Shown one piece after another: positions 1 to 11,519 of a stretch of 64,000 bases of DNA (the stretch's first letter is position 1; each line of letters starts with the position of its first letter). Under the pieces are notes generated by a model that was given only the letters and a program-made list of their open reading frames with translations, was not told the origin of the DNA and did not search any database. Position numbers and translations under genes: made by a program. The DNA is taken from positions 43,160,395 to 43,224,394 of the forward strand of contig NC_057718.1 in NCBI RefSeq assembly GCF_004010195.1. Reading direction: 5' to 3'. The stretch comes from Chiloscyllium plagiosum (Eukaryota).

Positions 1-769
1 CATTGTCAATGGGTTTCATACTGGAGTCATGAGTCAGGTACTAAGTGGACAAGCTTGGCCACCCAGTGGCCGCCTTCTACTTTGCTGTGATGGTTTAAAA
101 TGCTGATGGTTCAAATATCTCTCATAGAATGGAGATTGCTGCCACGATACCAGACAGTGATTTTCATAATACGTTTTACATGGTCGCATATTACTTGGAA
201 GGAGTGCAGTCAGTTCCTGTCATCGGCAATCAGTAGCTAATAAGTATGATTGTTCAACTAGGAAATTCCATGTCATTTGTCATTGGTTCTGTGGGTCCTC
301 GCATGGTTGAAGAATCCCGATCCTCGATCTGCATCTCTGACCACATATTTGGCAGGTATTTCTGCGAGTTAGAATCGGTCATACATCTTAAGTGTTAACA
401 TGCAGCTCCTGCAAAGTGAAGTGTGTACAATCAACGCAGACTGCATCATGGAGGGCCATGGTGAAGCTAAATGTCCCTCTGCTGTTGTCGAGAAGGAGCC
501 TAACGTGTAACAGCTTATGACCATGGTCACCTTCACATCCACTGATGCGGTGTCGTCCTGGCTCTGTCCTGAAGCTATGACCGAGGTTGTAAGAGGTAAC
601 CTACTTCAGTGTGCACTTGGTTGGTGAAGTAGAGGCAGTGATATGCCGTTCTTCGCTGAAGTTGAGAGAGGGAGAATTCTGTTCTGAACACCCTATGTGG
701 ATATGGCCTGCTCAGAGCCCTTCTGTCCCAACTCTATTTGTTACATTTGTTCATTTTTCTTGTCATGGT

Positions 770-1149
770 GCAGGCCAAGGGGGATATAATCTATCCCACT
801 CTCCATCGAATTGCTATAATCTTCAGCTCCAAAACCCTCTGAGACATCAGCAGTCATTTGCCGTTGACTTCTTTAATATCTCTAATTTTGACTACTCCAC
901 CGTGGGTGGTCATGCTTTCAGCTGTTTGGGCAGTATTTCTGTAATTTCTCTCGGCTTCTCTACTTTGTTTTTCTCCTTCAGCATGCTCCAAAAAACCAAC
1001 CACTTCAGCCAAGTTTGGTTATCTGCCCTTATACCTTCTTATGTGGCTCGATGTCGTATTTTGATTTATGATGCACCTGTGAAGTGCCTTGGGACATTTT
1101 GCCCCATTAAAGACACAATATAAATGCAACTTGTCATTGTTATTGTTGA
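770..1149 (+). mobile_element. Old L2-clade LINE 3' fragment
   Basis: Degenerate ORF2 end (GGHAFSCLG, resembling the L2 GGRAFS motif) followed by an L2-type tail gtgaagtgccttgggacatttt...taaagacacaatataaatgcaacttgtcattgttattgttg. Confidence 0.65.
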
Positions 1150-2088
1150 ACAACTGGAAGCCACAAATTATACTGCCGAATACACCCTGTGCTGACCACA
1201 ATGACAAAGGAGTTCTGAGTGCACATTCTTCATTAGAAATTTAAATTTTCATATCAGTGGCTCACTTGCAGGTATGTCTGTTTTCTCCCAACATTAAAAC
1301 TATGTAGCAAAAACCAGTGATGTTATGAACTCTGTGTGTGTAGCTGGTGTGTAATTCAAACAGCAGTGTGCAGTGACCGCTTGGGCATGGCTTCACATCC
1401 TTTGCTTCAACATGCTTCAGAGTCAGGTTTTAATCTGTTTCATGAGCTATGTTGCCATTCTTGTGCTGATGTGTATTCTTATAAAATATGACCGTTGAAC
1501 ATTAAATCTTTGAAATTCTGTTAACTCTTGTTGATAGCTTTTAAAGTTACTAGTGGTTTGAATCATGAAGCAATGATTCTATATTGTAGAATCTTTCTGA
1601 AATGAGCAGCAAGGTTAATGTATTTAATGTGCAATATTTGCATACTTATATTAAACAGCCAAATTGTTTGGACTAATAATGGTTTTGACTTGCATATGTT
1701 TTCAGAAGAGATGCACCCTATAATGGAGACAGCAAGGAACAAGCTAATTTGAGTCTTAGAAAGACATTTACCAACTGGCAGTCAACTTTAGTAACTTTTG
1801 ATTCCATACAAGGGAAGTAAATAAAATCAAACAGCTGACTCTAAATGATAATCCCTCTCAAGAAATGTAATTGATTGTTAGTTTTGAAGTTCGTCACCAG
1901 AATCCCTGTAATCTATATTCTTTTTACATCATTGGAAATCACATTTTTACTGATTTATTGTAAATACAGAAATTAAAAGCAAACAGAATTCAACCCCCTT
2001 CCTTTCCTCAATGGTTCAATGAAGACATGTACAATCTATTGTGTTTCCTCAGAAGCTGTTACATTGCACACATGATCCATGCAGTGGG

Positions 2089-2320
2089 TTCACACAGAGG
2101 GTGGTGCGTGTATGGAATGAGCTGCCAGAGGAAGTGGTTGAGGCAGGTACAATTACAACATTTAAACGGTGTCTGGATGTGTACATGAATAGGAAGGGTT
2201 TAGAGGGATATGGGCCAAATGCTAGCAATTAGGACTGGATTAATTTAGGATATCTGATCGGCATGGATGCTTTGGACCTAATGATCCTTTTCCGTGCTGG
2301 ACAGTTCTATGACTCTACGA
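2089..2320 (+). mobile_element. CR1-clade LINE 3' fragment
   Basis: [33 protein letters not shown] (CR1 ORF2 C-terminus) plus 3' UTR ending ctatgactcta. Confidence 0.9.
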
Positions 2321-3411
2321 TGTTGGGTTGCCGAGTGCTGATGCTGCATGGCCAGTTGAAAACCAAATCTATGGTACTGTTGAAAAGCAGTGATGTTTAA
2401 AGATCCAGTTAAAATGTAACAAAACTGCAGAGTACTTGTTCGTAAGTTAGTGAATGGAAATTTTCCATTGGCCAGAGAGAGCAAGATAACATTAATTCCC
2501 AGATTTTCATGTACAGAAAAAGCACCTGTTTGACACACCGAGGATAAATTGTATTTGGGTGTAAATCAGCACCTTAAGGACAAAATGAACTGAACGAGAA
2601 CAATCCCTTGTTAAAGTTGCAGTGATAAGATGAAAGTATTCACAACAATGTGTAGCCTATGTACAGCAAACATTGCTAATTTGAATGGAGTGATTAATTC
2701 AATTCTGCATCTCAAATTTTTAGAGAATAATTTGCATCTTTAACTTCATGTGAAATGATATTTCTGTTTTTGATTCAAATGCAACTTCTTTCTTTTGATC
2801 TGAACATTTAACAATACTGCATTATCTGAAGCTATAATAATTACAGAAGAAGGTTAGCGTCATAAATGAGTTTTTGTACTAATGGTAAACATCATGAAAA
2901 AGGATTAACATTGTTGGAATTTAGTCATACTTGACTATTAATTTACCAAAATACTTACAAATCTGATTATTACTTAAAAACAGTTTCATAAATTGCTTTA
3001 GGTAGCTGCAGTGTGGAATCTTATCCCTGCTTCATTGTAAGTAATCAAGCTCTGTAAGCAATCTAAAATGTACAAGCTAGAGTTTTAAAGTCGCATCAGA
3101 AACTTTAACGGTATTTTCTTGTAGAACTCTTATTCAGTGGGTAGCTGCTTGAATGCTTTGTACTGTTCACTTGCAAATGATGAATTGACAACCTTTCAAT
3201 AGGTTTAGCAGAGAATCGTAGAATGTAAGTGTTGCTTTTAATTGAGAAAGCATCACATGCAGCAATCGTTATGGTTGTGGGAAATTTAGGTTACTTTAGA
3301 TCTGCTTGATCTTTCTCCAGAATTCTCTCCTCAATACTGCCTGCAATGTTCTGCCAAACAACTTAATTTTGTGATCTTGTTGATTGGCCCTTCATTGCAT
3401 GCTGTTATCTG

Positions 3412-4506
3412 GTAGGCTTATGCGGAAAGTCAGGAGGCATGGGATAGAGGGAAATTTGGCCAATTGGATAGAAAACTGGCTAACCGGTCGAAGGCAGAGA
3501 GTGGTGGTAGATGGTAAATACTCAGCCTGGAGCCCAGTTACAAGTGGAGTTCCGCAGGGATCAGTTCTGGGTCCTCTGCTGTTTGTAATTTTTATTAATG
3601 ACTTAGATGAGGGAGTCGAAGGGTGGGTCAGTAAATTTGCAGATGATACGAAGATAGGTGGAGTTGTGGACAGTGAGGAGGGCTGTTGTCGGCTGCAGAG
3701 GGACTTAGATATGATGCAGAGCTGGGCTGAGGAGTGGCAGATAGAGTTCAACCCTGCCAAGTGTGAGGTTGTCCATTTTGGAAGAACAAATAAGAATGTG
3801 GAATACAGGGTTAATGGTAGGGTTCTTAGTAAGGTGGAGGAACAGAGGGATCTTGTGGTCTATGTTCATAGATCTTTGAAAGTTGCCGCTCAGGTGGATA
3901 GAGCTTGTAAGAAGGCCTATGGTGTATTAGCGTTCATTAGCAGAGGGATTGAGTTCAAGAGTCGTGAAGTGATGTTGCAGCTGTACAGGACTTTGTTTAG
4001 GCCACATTTGGAGTACTGTGTGCAGTTTTGGTCGCCTCACTTTAGGAAAGATGTGGAAGCTTTGGAGAGGGTGCAGAGAAGATTTACCAGGATGTTGCCT
4101 GGAATGGAGAATAGGTCGTACGAGGATAGGTTGAGAGTGCTAGACTTTTTCTCGTTGGAACGGCGAAGGATGAGGGGTGACTTGATAGGGGTTTATAAGA
4201 TGATCAGAGGAATAGATAGAGTAGACAGTCAGAAACTTTTTCCCCAGGTACAACAGAGTGTTACAAGGGGACATAAATTTAAGGTGAAGGGTGGAAGGTA
4301 TAGGGGAGATGTCAGGGGTGGGTTCTTTACCCAGAGAGTGGTGGGGGCATGGAATGCGCTGCCCGTGGGAGTGGTGGAGTCGGAATCATTGGCGACCTTT
4401 AAGCGGCATTTGGATAGGTACATGGATGGGTACTTAATCTAGGTTAGAAGTTCGGCACAACATCGTGGGCCGAAGGGCCTGTTCTGTGCTGTATTGTTCT
4501 ATGTTC
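3412..4506 (+). mobile_element. Young 5'-truncated CR1-clade LINE (RT C-terminal half, frame open to stop at 4442)
   Basis: SGVPQGSVLGPLLF, FADD catalytic motif, RPHLEYCVQFWSP, WNALP; 3' tail tgttctatgttcta; flanked by TATCTG at 3406-3411 and 4507-4512. Confidence 0.97.
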
Positions 4507-6072
4507 TATCTGATGCAACTATGCTTTATATTTTACAGATAAATGCCTATTTAAAATTGTAGTCTAAGTTGCAGAAAAAATGGACTTTTAATCAGGACGT
4601 TAGTATGACTTCTAATTTGCTGTTAAACCTGCAATGTGGTTTCACTACATTTACCTCAAATTGTGGTTCCTTAAAATTATTTGAGAATATCTATACAGTA
4701 TCTTGTCTATATTTGCAGAGTTGTCACTTACAATTGTGGTTGAATTCCCAAAAATGGTGATTTTAAGTGAAACAACTTTAAGTGAAGCATGGTTTCCCAT
4801 AGGACTCAGTGTAAAAGCCAGGGTTGGGTTCCTGTAGAAGTTTCTTGCCTAGAAAAATATCTATATCAGGCATTAGCATCACTGTGCATTTGTGGTTGAG
4901 ACAACTTGCAAAATAAATTAAGCCACTTACGATCAAATGAATGCCATCCTGATTCAAGAGAAAACACTATCATCAAATTTGGTGGGTTTTAAAATAGGCA
5001 TTTCTTGTAACCTTGTAACCTTTCTACCAATATAACATTACTGAAACACAATGTGGATGGTATTTACTTAATCACAAATTGGAAATCATAGCCCAACAAA
5101 TTCTATGATACCAACAAATTAGATTTCCGTTTCAACTGTGAAAATGAGAAGGAAGAGCTAAATGTGAAGTAAGTTGTAGTTTTTGAATGATTGGTGGCAT
5201 TTTGCCTTTTGGCTCATTCCTGAGAGTTCCCTTTTTTACTCCACTTCATGCCTGATTGTTAGGAGAAACTAAGGAGTAGGAAATGGAGGAACCTGTGGGT
5301 TTTCCCAGCAGCAGTTTTCATAGTGCCGAACCCCCAGGGTTAGGCCCTGATACGAAAGTCATGACAGCAGGGATGGGGTGGGGAAACAAGTGCCTGCACC
5401 ACCTATAGTCACCAACACTCACCCCTTGCCTCACCCACCTTCATTTCTCCTCTCTACTGGTGATTTCATAAGTTCTGTCCTTTCTTGTTCTCTGTTCCAT
5501 CATTGAGAGTGGTCAGAATTGCCTCCTCCTCTTGATTCCAATTCATACTCCTCCCAGAATCAGAGTAAATAAACTGTGCCAGGAGTGGCCTATGTACACC
5601 AGTACTTTGTCATCTGCTTGCCCACCATCAGAACAGGGATAGAGTGTATCTGTGATACGGATATTATGCTGATTTGTGATTGATAATGTGCGGAATCAAC
5701 ACACAATTCCAAAGTCAATGTATAATTTAAATGCCAAATGCATATATGAATATAATGTGTAAGATAAAATGAAAATTGCAATGAAACCATGAAAAAAGGC
5801 CTGAAAGAAATAGTCAATCTTAAAACAAAATGATGTTACACAAGGCAAATTAAATGAGGACTTACTTTACTATATTGTGCAATAAAATAACTCAGAGTAT
5901 TGCCCATAATCAGTGAAGATTCATGCTCATCTTTTTGAAGGTTGATCGATATCAATGTCTTTCGACATTAGATTGTGGATCTAGGAACTCTTGCAACTGT
6001 GACAAAATTGGTCAGCGTTTTAATCTTGGGAAAGGAAACCAGATGTTCTGTTGGCTGAAGTGATTCTCTTGA

Positions 6073-7343
6073 AGTCATACAGTCATAAAGCACAGAAACA
6101 GACCCTTCGGCCCAACTCATCCATGCTGACCAGGTTTCCTAAACTGAACTCATTTGCCTGCACTTGGCCCTCATCTCTCTAAACCTTTCTCTACCTGCAT
6201 CTTTTCAAGTGTCTTTTAAATGTTGTAATTGTACTCATCTCCAACCCTTCCTCTAGCAGCTCGTTCCATATGTGCACCATCCTCTCTGTGAAAACGTTGC
6301 CCCTAAGATCCCTTTTAAATCTTTTCCTTTTCACTTTAAATCTATGTTTTCTAGTTTTACCCTTACCTAAGCCCCTCATGATATTATAATGCTCTTTAAG
6401 GCCAACCTTCAACCTCTGACATTCTAGGGAGAAAAGTCTCAGCCTATCCAGCTTTTCCTTCTAACTAAAACCCTCCAGTCCCAGTAACATTCTTGTAAAT
6501 CTTTTTTTGCACCCTTTCCAGTTCAATAACATTCTTCCTATAGCAGGGTGATCAGAAATGTAGAACTCCAAATGTGGTGCACACAATGTATTGTACAAGT
6601 GTAATTTAATGCTCTGACTGGTCAAGGCAAGTGTGCCAAATGTCTTCTTCATCACCCTGTCTACCTACGACACAACTTTCAAGGAACTACAAACCTGCAC
6701 CCCTAGGTCTCCCTGTTCGACAACACTACCCAAGACCTTACCATTAATTGTCCCTGCCCTTGTTCATTTTATCAAAATGCAATACCTCACATTTATCCAA
6801 ATTAAACCCCAACCCATTGGACCAATTGATCAAGATCTCTTTGTAATCGTAAATAAACTTCTTCACTGTTGACTATACCACCAATTTTGGTGTTACCCGC
6901 AAATGAGCTGACCATTCCTCCCATATCCTCATCCAAATTGTTTACATCAATGATGAACGACAGTGAACCCAGCAACAATCCTACTGGCACACCGCTGATC
7001 ATAGGCTTCTAATCTGAACAACAACCGTCCACCACCTCCCTCTGTCTCCTACTGTTAAGCCAATTTTGTATCCAATTGTCAAGTTCTCCCTGGATCCCAT
7101 GTGATCTAACTTTACTAACCAGTCTACCAGGCAGGAATCTTGTCGAAGGCCTTGCTAAAGTCCGTTTAGAAAATGTCTAACGCTCTACTTTCATCTATCT
7201 TCTTGATCACCGCTTCAAAAAACCCAATCAAGTTTGTGAGACATGATTTCCCATACACAAAGCCATGCTGACTATCCCTAATCAGTCCTTGACTTTCAAA
7301 ATGCATGCAAATCATAACTCTCAGACAACTTACCCATCACTGA
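6073..7343 (-). mobile_element. Degraded CR1-clade LINE
   Basis: Minus-strand fragments SGVPVGLLLGSLSF...FAGNTKIGG, KRFTRMLLGLEG and WNELLEE, with frameshifts and deletions; 3' UTR/tail at the left end. Confidence 0.92.
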
Positions 7344-7481
7344 CTCAACTCATCTTTATCCATATTTTACACAGACTCAGATCCTTTTTTATAATTCAAG
7401 TCTCCCTCTCTGGAAGCATAATCTATTCTCTTGGAGTTCTGATCTAGAAAAGCATAGTTTGTTATGCAAATAATTTTATAA

Positions 7482-7986
7482 TGTGGAGGTGCCAGTGTTG
7501 GATTGGGATGGACAAAGTTAAAAATCACACGGCACCAGATTATAATCCAATGGGTTTATTTGGAAGTCCAAGCTTTCGGAGTGCTGCTCCTTCTTCAGGT
7601 AGCTAGTGGAGCAGGATTACAGGACACAGAATTTATAGCAAAAGATCATAGTGTCATACAACAGATGCGACACATGTGATTTACACATGAAAGAAGTGAA
7701 ATTATCATGGTATTCGAACAGATGAAAGACTCAACAGACAATCAAGGTATTTTTCAGTGTATAATTTCAGTTACATCACACTGTAAATTTTTGCTATAAA
7801 TTCTGTGCCTTAGAATTGTGTCTTCCACAACCACCTGATGAAGGAGCGGCGCTCCGAAAGCTAGTGTGCTTCCAATTAAACCTGTTGGACTATAACCTGG
7901 TGTTGTGATTTTTAACTTTGTACACCCCAGTCCAACACCAGCAACTCCCAAATCATGACTGTTGGAACATAACCTGGTGTTATGTG
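7482..7986. mobile_element. Compound Penelope-like-derived element (family A): older copy 7482-~7672 plus a less diverged opposite-orientation copy ~7673-7957 and a residual arm to ~7986
   Basis: Left arm ...acaaagttaaaaatcacac...tttggaag...agctttcggagtgctgctccttcttcagg... is the reverse complement of the right arm ...cctgatgaaggagcggcgctccgaaagct...gtgatttttaactttgt...; the same family recurs at 10721, 13636 and 57386. The Penelope assignment rests on the CTGANGA...GAAA core and inverted-arm layout. Confidence 0.75.
7832..7866 (+). ncRNA. Minimal type I hammerhead ribozyme motif
   Basis: CAC-CTGATGA-A-GGAGC-ggc-GCTCC-GAAA-GC-T-A-GTG: core CUGAUGA and GAAA, 5-bp stem II, palindromic AGCU stem III, 3-bp stem I (CAC/GTG). 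Activity untested. Confidence 0.6.
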
Positions 7987-9008
7987 AAAAATAATTTTAT
8001 GTTTAATCAAGTAGTGCCTCATTTGAGATAACTAATTGTTAAAAGTATTTATATTTTATGATACATTTTGCAGTTGCTGCATTCAATTACCAAAGTAGAG
8101 TTAAATGATAAACTAAGAAATAATGAAACATCCCATTTTAATTTAAGACAAAATTTAGGATGGCATGACATAATTTTCCTTTTGACCTGTGACCCATCCG
8201 GTTAAATATTACTGACAAGTGAAGGAATTTCTGGCTCCTGCTATACTAAAAGTGCATTGTGCACTCTTTAAATCTGTTTCACCTCTCCTTGGCCCAGCCC
8301 AGATCTCTACTGACATTGCAAATATTGGCTGCAGTTCGGGAGGCTATTGACTTTTGACCCAAAGCTTATAGGAAGTGCCAAACTAGTTATAGCATCTAGT
8401 GCCAAAGAGTGAGGGCATTACTACACACTTGAGGTCACTTCCATAAACCATGGGGAGTAATTTAGCAACTGTAGCCAAGAATTTGCAGCCAGTATAATCT
8501 TATTGTGCCCAAGAGATAAATTTATTTTCTAAATGGGAAACTTTTTTAATTGCTGTAGGCAGGCCTCAGGCACTAGTTGCAGTATCAGCAGGCAATAGTC
8601 ACTATTTTTCATGTCAAGTGGTAGATATTAGTCTGGATTATTTTGCATGTCTAGTCTTGGTGTTGTGGATCTAGTGTAAACTGAATAGAGTTCAAGGGAT
8701 GGCGGAACTTGTCCTCCATCTCTTCTATTCACTGAAAAGCAAGCTGCTGGTTGTACCACCACAGGTAACTCATTTCACTACGAGGAGCAAATGTTGGGCC
8801 ACCTGCCTGCCAGAAACAACCCTCAGGTGAATTCCTGGATGAGGTTGGAATGAGCTGTGCTGGGGGAGGCGAGACATAGAAAGATGAGAACTAAGTGTCA
8901 GGTACTTAACTTTGGCTGGTGGCCATGGGGGATGCTAAATAATCCTGGGATTCCAAGACATTGGACTCATGAGGTAACGAGTTTGTCAAAGAGCTGCCTT
9001 AATAACTA

Positions 9009-9215
9009 GGAGAAAGTGAGGACTGCAGATGCTGGAGATCAGAGTCAAAAAGTGTGGTGCTGGAAAAGCACAGCCAGTCAGGCAGCATTCTTGGTGCAGG
9101 AGAGCTGACATTTTGACCTTATTCCTGATGAAGAGCTTATGCTTGAAACATTGACTCTCCTGCTCCTCGGATGCTGCCTGACTGACTGTGCTTTCCAGCA
9201 CCACACATTTTGACT
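9009..9215. mobile_element. Penelope-like-derived inverted-repeat element (family B) with 15-bp TSD
   Basis: Arms ~9040-9104 and ~9155-9218 are reverse complements; CTGCCTTAATAACTA at 8994-9008 and 9216-9230; loop contains CTGATGA-A-GAGC-ttat-GCTT-GAAACATT. Confidence 0.8.
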
Positions 9216-10091
9216 CTGCCTTAATAACTACCACCATTAAATGAGCACCCTGAAGAGACCCAAATGCCTGAACAAGGTGGAATTAAATAAAATCAGCTTT
9301 ACCAGACTCCTGTGCCCAGATCATTGGGTTCAAGTACCATCATGGTTCAATGAAAATGGTGCTGAAATACATGACTTCCCAGAACAAATCCAGAAGGCAA
9401 AGGACATGTGGTGGATAGTGAACTCCCAAAGATCCAACAATATGCTATTATTATTGTGACATGCAAAGGTTCTTTGAAGCCACCGGGGCCATCTGTAGAT
9501 CAAAGTCAAATGGACAAATTTATCTGCTCACAGGTTGGTGTTTCTCATTTTAAAGATGAAAGTGTTATTTGTCACTGTTGGAATGTACATTTTCATCAAC
9601 TCTTGAACTGTGAATCTACAGTGTCACAGATACTCTTCTAGGCTAGCCCCTGTGGTAGAGTCCATTAATAAATCATCATTGATTGGAGAGCTGTAACATT
9701 GCCATCAAATAGATGAGAAACAGCAAAGGCTGAAAAGTAGCATAGCTGAGGTCTTCAGCTCTTTTGACTTACGTTTACATCAATGTATTCATCAATGGAT
9801 TTAGAGGAAAATGAACTTGGCTCACCTAACCCAACTTCAGGAATATGGTTATAGTGATTATCTTCACATAAGAAAATAAGTGATAACATGGAGCCTCCTG
9901 AGGTAGCCTTCCTGCTTGACCATTGCAAGTAAAATCCTGACACACATTCTCCTGAATCAACTAACTGCTGTGGCTGAACAAATCCTCCCAGTAATCAGTG
10001 GTGCTTTATCTAAAGAATCTTTAGGCATAGATACATCTAGCAATAAAGACCCAAGAGAAATATCTGGAACAGCACCAAGAACTGTTTAATA

Positions 10092-10320
10092 AAAAACAAA
10101 GCACTGATAATGTTGGAACTCTGAAATAAAACAGGAAGTGTTGGAAAAACTCAGCTCAGCAGGACTTGCAGCATCAGAAAAGTGAAAAACTAAGGTTAAT
10201 GTTTTGAGTCCAGTGACCGTTCTTTAGAAGGGTCTTCATTCACTGCATTCAATGTTGACTCTGTTTTTCCCTCCACAGATGCTGCCAGAATTATTAAGCT
10301 TCTCCAGCACTTTCTGTTTT
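10092..10320. mobile_element. Degenerate Penelope-like-derived inverted-repeat element (family C)
   Basis: aaaacaggaagtgttggaaaaact...gcagcatc...gttaatgttttgagtccagtgacc pairs with ...ttgactctgttt...gatgctgc...tctccagcactttctgtttt; degenerate flanking duplication aagaact(g/c)tt(t)aat. Related remnants near 35245-35340, 36525-36620 and 38045-38118. Confidence 0.6.
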
Positions 10321-10720
10321 TGACTAAGAACTCTTAATGGCATTCATCGGCCTGAGCGAAGCATTTGAACCACTAAATTGTGAGTCTTTGTGAGTGGTGT
10401 TCCAAAGATTTATATGTCCAAAAACATCACAAACCTACAATTATTTCATGATAATATATAGGATATTGGAAACAAATATCTTCAAATCTGACTGCGACCA
10501 ATGGCCATGCAATTGCCCTCATAATATTAACAATCTGCTTGAAAGTGACTATTCACTTCATCAAAGATCAACTACCCTCTGCTATCAGTGTTAAATACCC
10601 ACTTAGAGTGAAAACTCTTTAATCACAGTTATTTCTGTGCCAAACCTAAACTGACCATTATAGACATACAGATCTACAGTGTGGTATGGCTGTAATGTCC
10701 ACAAGAATGTTCCCAAGAAT

Positions 10721-10873
10721 GATTTGGAGGTGCCGGTGTTGAACTGGAGTGTACAAAGTTAAAAATCACACAACACCAGGTTATAGTCCAGCAGGTTTAT
10801 TAACCCTATCGCAAGTGCTTCCAGTTAAACCTGTTGGACTATAACCTGATGTTGTGTGATTTTTAACTTTGTA
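10721..10873. mobile_element. Family A hairpin element inserted into a CR1 fragment
   Basis: ~48-bp inverted arms at 10752-10799 and 10826-10873 with 2 mismatches; flanked by gttcccaagaat (10709-10720) and gatcccaggaat (10874-10885). Confidence 0.8.
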
Positions 10874-11345
10874 GATCCCAGGAATGAAAATATTAACATA
10901 TGAGGAACGTTTGAGGACTCTGGGACTATACCCAATGGAAGTTAGAAGGATGAGGGAAGCTCTGATTGAAACTTACAGAATACTGAATGGCCTGGACAGG
11001 GTGGCATTGGAAACATGTTTCCATTGGCAGGAGAGATGAGGAACTGAGGGCACAGCCATAGAGTAAAGGGAAAATGGAGAATCTCCCTTTAGAATGAAAA
11101 TAATGATAAATGGCTGAAGCCAGAGAGTGGTGAATCTGTGGAATTCATTGCCACAGAAGACTGTGGAGGCCAGGTCAATGAGTATGTTTAAAACAGAGAT
11201 AAGTAAGTTCTGATTGCCCAGGGGATCAAAAGTTACGGGGAGATAGCGGGAAAATGGGGTTGAGAAACCTATCAGCCATGATTGGCGGAGCAGATTCGAT
11301 GGGCAGAATGGCCTAATTTCTGCTCCTCTGTCTTATGGTCTTATG
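10874..11345 (+). mobile_element. CR1-clade LINE 3' fragment (second subfamily)
   Basis: ccaggaatgaaa...tatgaggaacgtttgagg...gagagtggtgaatctgtggaattcattgccacag (WNSLPQ) and tail ctgctcctctgtcttatggtcttatg. Confidence 0.85.
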
Positions 11346-11519
11346 TTGATGCCCACTGTGCACCAGATTTGCAAGCCAATTCAATTTTTTTCAGTTCTGT
11401 ACACAAGAAACTCAGCCTGAATGTCATCAAAACTAAAACTCGGATATTAATCCACATCTGGTCAGAAAAACATTCCACCTCCCATATATGTTGAAGAAGA
11501 CACTGTGGAATATGCTGAG

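Noticed and set aside
1..610. GC- and CpG-richer segment at the window start
   Set aside because: Possibly an old mobile element, but I could identify no diagnostic motif or ORF.
611..1123. 170-aa ORF
   Set aside because: Non-ATG start, overlaps a decayed L2 fragment, and resembles no protein family beyond that remnant.
3384..4442. 352-aa ORF as a host gene or domesticated RT
   Set aside because: 5'-truncated CR1 ORF2 with no real ATG start, no endonuclease domain, and a LINE 3' tail.
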